From assembly GCA_001662655.1 (NCBI GenBank), contig KV460208.1: 64,000 bases of DNA. The stretch is one strand, 5' to 3'. The stretch is from Pseudogymnoascus verrucosus (lineage: Eukaryota). The notes beneath the pieces are model-generated. The model saw nothing but the letters and a program-made list of their open reading frames with translations. It had not been told where the DNA came from and did no database searches. The position numbers were made by a program, and so were the translations under genes. Below, piece after piece: positions 49,269 through 59,629 of this stretch (position 1 is the first letter of the stretch; each line of letters opens with the position of its first letter).

Positions 49269-50291
49269 TGTTCTGCTTCATTTACAGGCATTTGTTTATT
49301 TTGTTGCTGTTGTGAGAGAGCCGAGAAAGTGGAGAGGGTTGGTCTCTCGGGTGACGACTAATAGCGAATAGAGGGGCACAGGGGCACACTCACATGGGGA
49401 TTTTGCCTAACAGATAGAGGTGCATTACCCTAACTTGCCTTATGACGACGCTATTCTACTAGAGATTTACACATCGGATATCGGCTGAGTGAGTGAGTTA
49501 TTTATTTTTGATTTTTATTATAATATTTGCTATATTATGGCTCTACCTCTCTCACCGCCGTCTACAATACCTCAACCTCAAAACTTATTTTTCTCTGTTT
49601 CTATTCCTGTATCTGTCTCCTAAAAAACCCCACATCAGCTTATTTTGCTCTTCAGTGGTCGGTCAGGCCGTGCTAAGTATACGCATAGTCTGGAACATTT
49701 TGCCGTGTCTCCAACATTTCTCTAACATCTCCACTTGCTCCCCCGAACACAGTTAACCCGAAATTTACATCCACCAGAATCGAACATGGGTGGGATGATT
49801 GGTAAATCTGTAACGCGAAATTCCACTTATTCTCCCGTTTTCCACCCACAGCCACGGAATTCAGTCAATCAATTGCTAACTCGGCTATGATTGCACTATA
49901 GTACGCGTATGTGGGGTCAGGAACAGGGCTGTGGGAGGACTACAACAGCCCTGATGGGGTTCTTGATGCCCTCATCCTTGCTTTTATTGCATCTGCACTA
50001 CTTTAATGCCCGTCAGCAACACGATATATCGAGTTTCATATCTTGCTTAGACCCCAGCAGGGCTGATACTACGGCAGATCCTTGGAAGGGATCATCATAA
50101 TTAGCATGATTGTGATCTTAGGTCTGCCCTGGATGGGGCTGCCCTGGAACTCCACAGGCCTTCCACTGGCCTTCTATCCATAAACTTCCTTTGGGCTTTT
50201 GTGACTTGACTGTTTGTTGTGTTGACATTTACAGATGCGGAAACATTGAGCTGGACTGTTTCTGCCCTGTATTTCTCAGCTCTGAATAAAG

Positions 50292-52646
50292 ATGGCGACT
50301 CTTGATACTCTTACTCCAAGCGGAGATCAATCAAGCTTTAAGGCTCTGCCACAGCCTCCGTCCGGCATCGTCCGTGACCAAACATCGTCGTTTCAGTCGC
50401 AAACACCGGAAGCTCCGGACGACGACGATGAGATGCCCCTTCCAAGGCCTGATTCTCTCCTTGCAATGGTGCCTGACCGTGCACCGCCACGGAAATCTGT
50501 GCTGCTCGAGCATGTGAGGAAACCATCTGCTAGTGGTTCTTCAGTGTACTCTACACATACAGTCGGGACAATTGGGGACCGTCGTAGCTGGACAAACTCT
50601 CCGGAACGAAGGGAATCCGCAAGCTCTCTCGTCTGGGAAGAGGAAGAGGCCCATACCAAACCCGTGTCTGACTCCCCAGTGCTGGGAACTAAGCAGGAAG
50701 ACCACTTTGAGTTGGAGGATATTCTCAAATCGACACAGATAATGCACTCCAATTCCATCTCCAGTACAACGTCATCGGGACGACCAGAACTTTGGCGTCG
50801 TAGGTCCCAAAGAAGTGACCGAAGCGTCAAAATTACCGATTTGAAGTTGGCAAATAGTAATGGCTTCACTGCAAGCCAGTCTTTACGGCAAACAGAGGCG
50901 GCGTCTGATGCTCCTCAAATTCCTCTCCCAGCAGTTCCAAGGAAAGCACCCCATCGACCCGCAGTAGGGCTCCCTTCACGGCCGACACAATTTATCAATG
51001 AGAAGAGCATGCAGTCAAATGCACAGCCTGAACAAGACGCACGACAATACAGTCATCCCACGACGCAGTATTCACAACTTGCGACGGGACTGGCTCCATA
51101 CAACCTGCCGGCGATGCAAAGTCAGGACAACCTAGAACAAACACAGCCTTTCGCAACAAAGCAGAGCGTGAGGAAGCCGGTCGCTCTCCGTCCAGCTCCG
51201 CCACAGCCAGAAAAGCCAGAAACTATGGGCGCACGGCTCTCGAACTTTAAGAACAAGTTTCGCTCCACGGAGCAACTTAACCAACATAGGGATATCCAGA
51301 CACCAGGCCACACTCCACAAGGATCTCTTGATACTGTTAGCCCCAAGCCTACTGGCTTGATGGGTATATTCCGTGGCACAGAGGATGAGAGCGTGCCAGC
51401 TCCTTCAGAGACCAAAGGGAGTGGCTCTGCATTCTCAAAGATAAAGCACAAACTTCGCTCATCCGATGCAGAAGATAACTCGTCCCCAGACCTCTCATCG
51501 CCAGAAGGGTCAGGCTGGAACCTGTCGAAGCTGAAGAACAAGCTTCGCAACTCCGGAAACGCAGATGAAGCTGCAGCATCTACACCAACACGCACCCAGC
51601 CAACAATCACCCGGCTCCCTACCCCCGACTACCAAAAGCAGGATCCAGCACCCGCACCCCTGACACCACTCATCCACTCCCCCTACTCCCCCCAAATCTC
51701 CCCCGACGACACACAATCCCGCCCCGGTTCCGGCCATGGCAGTCGCCCACCCAGTCGCGGGAGACAATTCTCCTTCTCGCAACGCCCGAAACTTCCACCA
51801 ACGGCTGCATCGACATCAAGCATCCAAACCATCGCAAATGCATCCATCATCGACGGGAAAACATCCCCAGTCGACCCGGCACAAGCACACATCCATCCCC
51901 TCCTCCGCACAAAGACCAGTCCCTCCGCCACCGACCTAACTCTACCCACACCCCCTCTCCTCCGCATCAAGACCAGCCCCTCCGCCACCGACCTAAATCT
52001 ACGCATGGTCTCCGCGGCACCTCCGCTACCACAACCCCCCACCATCGCCGTCTCAAGCCCCCGCTTCTCTCCCCCAGCTACACGCGCTTCTCCCCCAGCT
52101 ACACGCTCCTCTCCCCCTGCCACACGCGAACCACCCCGCGGTCGTGCATCCAGCCCCAAGCCACTCAGCCCCATCGTCACCGGCGCTGCCAAAACCGGTG
52201 CCCCGGGCTCCAAACCTCTCAGCCCTGTTACCACGCGCCAACCACCCAGCCCCTCGACCCTCAGCCCCGCCTCCGAAAGCGCATACAAACTCCAAGTCCC
52301 CGGAGAGATCAGCAAGCGCATGACCACGATCCTGGAGTCGTCTCCCTTCCTCCAAATCGCGTCTACGGACCCTGATGACGAAGAAGTGTACCCGGCGCCC
52401 GCGCTTGCGGAGACTCAGGTGAGGTGTTATCAGGCACATCGGGTGATGCATCGGAGCAGGAATGATGTGTATGCGCTTGCGTGTGGAGTTTGTGGGGTTA
52501 AGGATCGCGAGGGGAGGTGGTGTTGTGCGTGGTGTGCGGTGAGGTGCTGTGAGGGGTGTTTGGACAAGGTTAAGGGGGAGGGGTTGGCTGGGGAGAAGGT
52601 TATTGGGGGTGGAGAGACTGTTGGGAGGGCGATGGTGAGTGTTTGA
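50292..52646 (+). CDS. Hypothetical Pro/Ser-rich protein, 784 aa, with C-terminal Cys/His zinc-binding module
   Basis: Long ORF ending in CYQAH...CGVC...CCAWCAVRCCEGC. Confidence 0.8.
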   Translation: MATLDTLTPSGDQSSFKALPQPPSGIVRDQTSSFQSQTPEAPDDDDEMPLPRPDSLLAMVPDRAPPRKSVLLEHVRKPSASGSSVYSTHTVGTIGDRRSWTNSPERRESASSLVWEEEEAHTKPVSDSPVLGTKQEDHFELEDILKSTQIMHSNSISSTTSSGRPELWRRRSQRSDRSVKITDLKLANSNGFTASQSLRQTEAASDAPQIPLPAVPRKAPHRPAVGLPSRPTQFINEKSMQSNAQPEQDARQYSHPTTQYSQLATGLAPYNLPAMQSQDNLEQTQPFATKQSVRKPVALRPAPPQPEKPETMGARLSNFKNKFRSTEQLNQHRDIQTPGHTPQGSLDTVSPKPTGLMGIFRGTEDESVPAPSETKGSGSAFSKIKHKLRSSDAEDNSSPDLSSPEGSGWNLSKLKNKLRNSGNADEAAASTPTRTQPTITRLPTPDYQKQDPAPAPLTPLIHSPYSPQISPDDTQSRPGSGHGSRPPSRGRQFSFSQRPKLPPTAASTSSIQTIANASIIDGKTSPVDPAQAHIHPLLRTKTSPSATDLTLPTPPLLRIKTSPSATDLNLRMVSAAPPLPQPPTIAVSSPRFSPPATRASPPATRSSPPATREPPRGRASSPKPLSPIVTGAAKTGAPGSKPLSPVTTRQPPSPSTLSPASESAYKLQVPGEISKRMTTILESSPFLQIASTDPDDEEVYPAPALAETQVRCYQAHRVMHRSRNDVYALACGVCGVKDREGRWCCAWCAVRCCEGCLDKVKGEGLAGEKVIGGGETVGRAMVSV

Positions 52647-52947
52647 GATGAACAACGTGTCGAGATTTTAAGGGAGGCACTAGGTGCGATGACGAAAATA
52701 TAGAAGGGGGTAGACTGGCGTTTTGTGTTGTTTTTTGGGAAAGGAGGGGATTGGGTCAGGCGGAAAATGGAAAAGGTGGACAGGTTGGAACAAACGGGGG
52801 GTGGCTTTGCTGTATATACGGAATGCCCTCGGCCTGGCGCGGAGCGAGCAATGATTTGTATGATACATGAGCTATATATATAGATATACATATCGATGAC
52901 TTTTGAAACAATTCATAAGCTATATCTCTAAGTTTGTATCTGAGTCG

Positions 52948-53098
52948 CATATAAGGGAAGCGACGACCGACTCGAGAAGGAAAGAGCGACCGACTCTAGA
53001 GGGAAGGAGCGTTCCTTCCTACTAGAGCTTTACAGTTAAAAGGAGAAGGAACGACCGTGGGTAGCCATATTTTTTATTTTTCGTTCCTTCCTTATATG
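52948..53098. mobile_element. MITE-like element (about 150 bp) with imperfect terminal inverted repeats
   Basis: Left end catataagggaagcgacga. The right end tcgttccttccttatatg has reverse complement catataaggaaggaacga. Internal repeats of cgaccgactc and aaggaa; intergenic and non-coding. Confidence 0.45.
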
Positions 53099-53544
53099 GA
53101 TGAAAGGTTTACATTTTAGATTTATACGGTGCTGCCTGGATGAAGATGAGGGGATTGTTTTATACCACTACGTATCACATTGCAACATGCAATAGGCTCG
53201 AATGGTGGCCAACAAAATAAATTGGTGAAGCTACACTTGTTTCGACCAACAGCCTCATCATCTTCAAAGGCCAGCGTAAAATATGAGTGGCGGATAGCAA
53301 TGCTAAATAACTCCCTTCACAAATTCTCACTTCCCCCCTCCCATTACCACGCTTCGTTGCGGTACTGAGCCCTTTATCCCCTCTATTTCAAGCCAACAAG
53401 CAATCAAAAACCACTGAGAGCTCATGATGAGGGAAGCGATAGCATTCCTCCACCTCCCCTATCCACAGCCGTCCTGTCTTATCCGGCCACCGCACCTGCA
53501 AAATGACATTGCTCACTAAGAACCATCATTCCCAGAGGCAGAGC

Positions 53545-54327
53545 TCACAAGCTCCCCCTTCTCGGGTAGCTCACCCCCTCCACCGCCGCATCATCCACAA
53601 ACCAGCTCACTCTATCCCCACCCCCTTCATTAACAAGCGCACACGGCAGCCCCGTCCCATCCTCAAAGATCTGCTTCAGTACCTCCTTCTTTCCCCCTCC
53701 CGTCGCCACAAACGCAATCTTGACCGCATGATTCACCACCGGCAGCGTAAGCGTAATCCGCTTCGCCGGCGGCTTCGGGCTATCCTCAATGGACGCGACC
53801 CACGCGTCCGATTCGCGGAGCAACTCATGGCCCGGGAACAGCGAGCACGTATGCCCATCTGGTCCGCAACCAAGCAGGATCAAGTCGAAGATAGGCAGCT
53901 TGACAGAATCGCGCTGCGCGAAGTTGCGCACAAGCAACTTCTCGTACTGGTCCGCCATCTCCTGGACGTCATCAAGGTGCGCGACATCGATGGGGTGGAC
54001 GGCAGGGGCGCCGAGCTCGGCGGGGATCTTGGAGAGGAGCTCGGCTTGGAGGAGGGCGTAGTTGGAGTCCGCGTGGTCGAGGGGCACGGCGCGCTCGTCG
54101 GCGAAGAAGATCTCCCACTTCGAGAAGTCGAGGGTGTCCTCTGGGGCGGTGGAGGGGGGGAGGAGAGCCGCAGCCAGGGTCTTGGGGAGGGAACCGCCAG
54201 AGACGGCGACTTTGAAGGTGCCGTGCCTGCTGATGCCGGAGTTTTGGGCTTGCACGACGTAGTGGCGCAGGCCGGGGGCGAGGTCGTTGACGGTGGGGAA
54301 GGAGTAGAGGTTTGGTTGTTTGCCCAT
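53545..54327 (-). CDS. SOL1: 6-phosphogluconolactonase
   Basis: VAVSGGSLP, FFADERAVP..HADSNY, DLILLGCGPDGHTCSLFP and SPKPPAKRITLT. Start placed at MGKQPNLYSF; an in-frame upstream ATG exists at 54516. Confidence 0.93.
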   Translation of the reverse strand: MGKQPNLYSFPTVNDLAPGLRHYVVQAQNSGISRHGTFKVAVSGGSLPKTLAAALLPPSTAPEDTLDFSKWEIFFADERAVPLDHADSNYALLQAELLSKIPAELGAPAVHPIDVAHLDDVQEMADQYEKLLVRNFAQRDSVKLPIFDLILLGCGPDGHTCSLFPGHELLRESDAWVASIEDSPKPPAKRITLTLPVVNHAVKIAFVATGGGKKEVLKQIFEDGTGLPCALVNEGGGDRVSWFVDDAAVEGVSYPRRGSL

Positions 54328-55408
54328 CTTGGCGCTTTGGGTTGAGGGTCTTCGGTGTGTTGTGGGTGGGTGTCTCAAGTAAGAAGGATGAGGCAGGGAA
54401 GATCTTTGGGGAAATGATGTATCCGATAGAGGATGGGAAGGCCCGAGGGTGTTTAAGACAGCTTTTCCAGGTCGGTTGGGGTTTGGTGGTAGGCTGCAAA
54501 CGGAGAGATTATGCAATCGAGGGAACCCGCTTTTGAGAGCTTCCGTAGCCTTGCTTGGCCTGGTATTTTTCCGCTTGGCTGTAGATTGTTCCTCACGTTC
54601 GAGTCCGGAGAGTATGGGGTTTGGTGAAGCAGTGCAGGATCAAGTTTATAGAAGTGTGAGACAAGAGAATATGGAGTGAAGAAGAAGATGGGATGTTCCT
54701 TGGGCTTGCAGAGTGGCGTCGTTGCACACAAACAGGCAGAATCAGGGTAGTTGGGGGTGGTTGGTGGCAGTCTGTAAATAATGAATAATTGAGTGGTCGC
54801 GGGGTCCTTTCGCCCTAGCGTGGGGTAAGTTTAGAGTGTTACAGCACAACAGTAGTAGTAGTAGACGTAAACTAGGCTAGGCACAAGGAGATGAGTACCC
54901 CTCTTCTGCGTTGTCTTTTTGATGTTTGGGGCTGTAGGATTTATGTATAATATTACAAAATATATATATCTATAATAAATAGAAATATAAGAAATATTTG
55001 GACACAATACATACGCTCATCAGCAAAATAGAGGGAACTACGTAGGAAAATAGCGAAAAGGTACAAAAATAAATAAATAAAAAGGTCCCAATCATCATGA
55101 CGACTACAAGGGAGATACGAGATAACGAAATGCCAAGCCCAAGGATTATGCCCTTAATTTCCAGCAACCCGCCAGCCAGCCCGTCATCCCACGTGACTTG
55201 ATTATTCACCCCTCATTACACGTGACTAGAAGCGAGGTTTTACCGAATACCGGATATACTGCTCTATATATATATACTGCTGAGAACAGCAGGAATCAAC
55301 AGCTTCATCTCCATGAACTAGAACGCCAGTAAGTGCAATGCGGAATCCCACGTGTTATATACATTCCGCCCGTATGTGCATGCTGCCGCCCACCCCATAA
55401 CCCCCCAT

Positions 55409-57184
55409 CTAAGTGATCTGTCTAATGCCGTTGACCTCCGGAACCCCGTTAGGTTGTTCATTCGCAGCCATCTCATGCGCCTTACTTATCTCATGTACCA
55501 TGCTCATGCCATTGACCATGCTCACCATCGCCGCCATATCCACTCCATTCGCAGCCACCTCCTCCTCCTTCTTCGCCTCTTTCCTACAGCGGTCACACAT
55601 GCAGTATCCCCCTAGACTGCCCTTCGCCCACTCCCTGCGCTCCTGAACAGGAAGCTCAATGTCGCAGTAATGGTTCATGATTTCTTCTCCTTTAGCGACG
55701 CCCGGGCTCCGCCCGTCGATTCGCTCGCCTCTCGCCCACAGCTTCATCCGCATGCCCCACTCCCACTGCACGTTCGGGTCGCAGTCGTGGTTCGCGAGGC
55801 ACCACAGGGGGTGCACAGCAGCGACCTCGGGACGCCCGTCGAGCTTGTTAACGCGCGCACTTGCGGTGCCGCGGAACTTGGAGTACAGGGTGTTGAAGAT
55901 CCATAGGTCGTACTTGTCTAGCTCCGCGAAGACGTCGATTTCCATCTTCTCCAGCATGTCCAGGGGCCCTGTGATGTTGGCGCGGAAAGAGAAGGGCAGT
56001 GTCCATACCGGAGGTGGACCGGCTTGAGGGGAGTATGGGACAGCGTTCGAGCTGGTCGGTAGGAAGTCACCCCAGATGTATTTCACCTCCTTGAGCTCGA
56101 GTGGATGGATATCCTGTGTGGCGGACATAGCGAGCGCGCGCCCCAGGAGGAGCAAGTGGAGCATGTTGGCGGTTTCCCTTTGATGGGTGTTCTTCGCAAT
56201 CCCATCAACTTCCCGGTCACACACGGCCGGATGGTAAGTCTCCATCGCGAAGTCGTGGCAATCCTGAGAGCAGTATACCGTCTCAACGCACTCCTCACAT
56301 GGCACACACTGCTCCTCGGATCCAACATCCGGGAGTTCAGTGCTGCACGCATCGCAGAGCGGGTATACCTGCGAGTTGTTGACTGTCAGGGCCGAGATCT
56401 CGTGGAGCACCGTCTCCATCGGTCCAATATCCTCCTTTGCAAAGAGTCCGAGTTGCTTATTCGTCGGCATAGTGAAATCGGTATCTATGCCTGTAACCAA
56501 GGCGTCTCCCAAGGTAGGCAATTCCGTAACCAAAGCGACGCATTTCGGCGCCACCTTGGCCAGCTCAGCGTTCAAAAATTCGAGTGTCTCCTCGGAATAT
56601 CGGTCGGGCTCGTAGTCGTTCCAGGGATAGACCTCGCGCCTCACGAGGCCCTGGTCAGGGAAGTCCTCCGGGTTGACCGTCTCCGTCTTCAGTCTGCGCC
56701 GCGCGAGATTGATGATGTACTCCTGCGCCTGTGTCAACTCCTCATCCCCCGGTGCCTTCTCCAGTCCCCTCTCACAGAACTCATGCGCGCTCTTCAAACA
56801 CCCACAAAGCAACAGACTAATAGCCAAAATGCGATAGCACCTCGTACTCGCCACCTCCAACAGCGCCGTAACCCCCTCTCCACCCCCCTCCCCCAGGATG
56901 CCCCTCTCCTCATGTCCCCTCAGCGCCTCCGCCGCAACCTCATGATACTCAAAGCCCTCATCCCTCACCTCGTCCGTGAGCAGCAGCGCGCGGTACGCAT
57001 CCCCCGCCGCGAGATCGGGGTAGCCGAGCTCGGAGTGCGCAACGGCGCGCTCAATGTATAGAACGAGGTCGTAGGGGCTATCGCGCAGACTGCGCGTCAG
57101 GCGCGTACGTCGAGCCAGGAGTGCGGTCGTCGCCATGTGAGCGCGCTGGGCCTCCTCGTCTGACTCCGTATCCATGCTCGACAT
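55409..57184 (-). CDS. SET and MYND domain protein with N-terminal TPR-like region (SMYD-like lysine methyltransferase)
   Basis: GLFAKEDI, CDAC...CEEC..YCSQDC..YH..VC (MYND), ANHDCDPNV, EIMNHY and post-SET CMCDRC. Confidence 0.88.
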   Translation of the reverse strand: MSSMDTESDEEAQRAHMATTALLARRTRLTRSLRDSPYDLVLYIERAVAHSELGYPDLAAGDAYRALLLTDEVRDEGFEYHEVAAEALRGHEERGILGEGGGEGVTALLEVASTRCYRILAISLLLCGCLKSAHEFCERGLEKAPGDEELTQAQEYIINLARRRLKTETVNPEDFPDQGLVRREVYPWNDYEPDRYSEETLEFLNAELAKVAPKCVALVTELPTLGDALVTGIDTDFTMPTNKQLGLFAKEDIGPMETVLHEISALTVNNSQVYPLCDACSTELPDVGSEEQCVPCEECVETVYCSQDCHDFAMETYHPAVCDREVDGIAKNTHQRETANMLHLLLLGRALAMSATQDIHPLELKEVKYIWGDFLPTSSNAVPYSPQAGPPPVWTLPFSFRANITGPLDMLEKMEIDVFAELDKYDLWIFNTLYSKFRGTASARVNKLDGRPEVAAVHPLWCLANHDCDPNVQWEWGMRMKLWARGERIDGRSPGVAKGEEIMNHYCDIELPVQERREWAKGSLGGYCMCDRCRKEAKKEEEVAANGVDMAAMVSMVNGMSMVHEISKAHEMAANEQPNGVPEVNGIRQIT

Positions 57185-57835
57185 GGCGGGCGGGGTGGCG
57201 CGCGCCCGGGACTCCCTCCCTCAGAGAAATTTCTCGGCAAATTGGGGTTAGGGTGATTGGGGGGATGGTGGGGGTTTTGGTGGGGGTTTTGGTGGGGGGT
57301 GATGGGCGGTGGTTGTCGCGGCGATAAGAGATAAGGCGAGACGGTGCGTCTTGGGGGGGTGGTTGACACCGAGCTTGATTTTCTTGGGTGTTCTTGGGTT
57401 CTCTTGGGTTGTCTTGGGCGGGCTTGGGACGCCTAAAAGCGCCTGTGAATAGCCCCTAGACAGAAGATCGGAGTATAAGCTCCAAATCTGCCGTTAATGC
57501 AGAAGAAAAGATCTGAGAAAAGTGCATATGGGCTGCCATCTTTTAACTGTGGCGTCCTTCATAAAAAAGTTGCACGGCCAACCCGTCGTCATGACGTCAA
57601 ATGCCCCTCTTGAAGAGTCGCCACCAGCCACAATAGTATTAAATCGAGACGGTAAAGCCACAAGTCAGGTTCATCGGTTCACCAGCCAGGGGAGGAATCG
57701 CGTGGAGTTTGCCCTAGCAAAAAACCATCCAATTAACACAAGTCAAGCCGGTTTATATACTCTAAAAGAGGTCTAGACATTCTATATAGCAATTTTTCCA
57801 CCATGACGAGGCTCGGCCCCCCCGAAAACCCGCTT

Positions 57836-58930
57836 CTATACCTTGATATCACTCAGTTTATCCACATAGTACGCTGGCACCGTCTCCGCGCCCTCAACCT
57901 CCCACTCCTCCTTCTTGCTCACGCCGGTAAGCACCGCCAGCGTCCCGCCCAGCCGCCCCTCGATCCCGAACTTGATGTCAGTGTTGAGTCGGTCGCCGAC
58001 CATGCAGGCCTTTGAGCGGTCGAACTGAAACTTCCCTTCTATGCTATCCATCATGGCTTGACTCGGCTTGCCTAGCGCAATGGGTTGCTGACCCGTCATG
58101 TTGACGAGGGGGATGCTGATGGAGCCCGCGCCGGGGAAGAAGGTGTGGTTGCTAGGCAGCGTGCTGTCTGTGTTTGTAGCCAGGAACTTAGCGCCGCGAC
58201 GGAGATATTGGTATGCCACTGCTAGCTTGAGGTAGTTGATGTGGAAGTCGAGGCCGGCGAGGACGATGGCCACGTCGTCGTCGAGCATGGAGCCGTCTGC
58301 CATGGCGGTGTAGTCGGCCGGGGTGATGTCGCGGCGGTAGGCGGGGTCAGTGCCGCCAATGAAGGGGACGCCGCATTCGCGGAGCTCGGTCTCGATGCCT
58401 GCTTCGCCGAGGACGAAGACTTTGTTCTTGGGGCCGGGGAGGTTCATGATTTTCGAGATGTAGATGGCGGAGGAGTAGGCGGAGGCGAAGATCTCGTCGA
58501 CGTTGCTGGGGATGCCCATTGCGGTGAGTTTTTTGAGGTAGTCACTGCGGGACTTTGTGGAGTTGTTCGTGACGAAGATTGTCTGCTTGCCTGGTTCTTT
58601 TGTCAGCCCTGATAGTAGTTATGCTTGAAGCCGTGGTGGAAGGACTGGCACATACCCCGCGACCTCAATAACTCCAATGTATCCACGACCCCCTCAAAGA
58701 CATGGTCTCCAGACCATAAAACTCCTGATATCAGTCAATAACTGTAAAGCCTTGTATTCGCGCTGGCTCATATACCGTCGCAATCGAACAGAAACACCTG
58801 TTGCCAGTATCAGCATAAATTACCCCTCATACCCCGCCATGCACCAGAGACCCACGTCAAACTTATCGATAAACTCATTGATCGCCGCCTTATCGCCAGT
58901 CAGGTACTTGGGGAGCGCGTGAGTAGCCAT
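57836..58930 (-). CDS. PHO13: HAD-IIA p-nitrophenyl/phosphoglycolate phosphatase; 4 exons (58930-58856, 58797-58776, 58724-58656, 58590-57836)
   Basis: FLFDCDGVLW, FVTNNSTKSR, FLATNTDST, GKPS and MVGDRLNTDIKFG motifs. Confidence 0.93.
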
Positions 58931-59629
58931 GATGGGCCTGTAGGGAATGCAAGAGAAAGGGTATGAGTAGTAGGTCGCAGAAGGTGTCGGCGGGTTCTGA
59001 CGTTGAGTAATTTATTGGCGGCTTCGTCGGCGAATTACCGGAGCAAATATTGGCAGCATTGGCACCCCGGGCCGCTGGAAACATAATTTTTGGCTTCACA
59101 CAACAACACACCTTACCATGGTTTTTAGAAACTTTAATTGCTAGTTAGGGTTCTATACTGTAAGTTATATCCTCGCCATTATTTCGAAGCTGGACTCCCT
59201 CCCGTGCGACTCTAATGGCGTCCCCGCCTCCCCCCGCCATCTCCCCAGGCGACCACGCATGCGGGGGTGGAGGTTAGGATTGTGGAGAGGATGGGGGAGC
59301 GGATATTGGAGGTTGCTACTGCGAGACATGAGCTGGGTAAATGATGAATGTCTCGATTTGATAGAGCACCTGCATTGTATTGGTTTTGGCTTTTTGATTA
59401 CTGGTGTATTTAGAGCGTATTTGAACCTTTGTGTAACTGTTATTTACATTTATTTTAGGGTCAAGCTTCCCTTGCCTTACAGTAAAGCTATCAACATACA
59501 CAGGTAGTCTGTGTGATAAATTCAGGTATGGTATCAAATCTCATCATTCCACCCCACGCAGCACTCCCAAGATGCAGGCGTACTGCATACCCCACTCGTT
59601 GATTTAACGTTTTGTGTCACCACACCCTA

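Noticed and set aside
53490..53548. Possible 3'-terminal intron or stop read-through adding a peroxisomal signal to 6-phosphogluconolactonase
   Set aside because: Stop context is TGA GCT rather than TGA CTA, the branch site is weak, and neither extension ends in a PTS1.
53503..57061. Long antisense ORFs (280 aa at 53503, 318 aa at 56105; also 9113 and 48640)
   Set aside because: Shadow ORFs expected opposite GC-rich, codon-biased genes.
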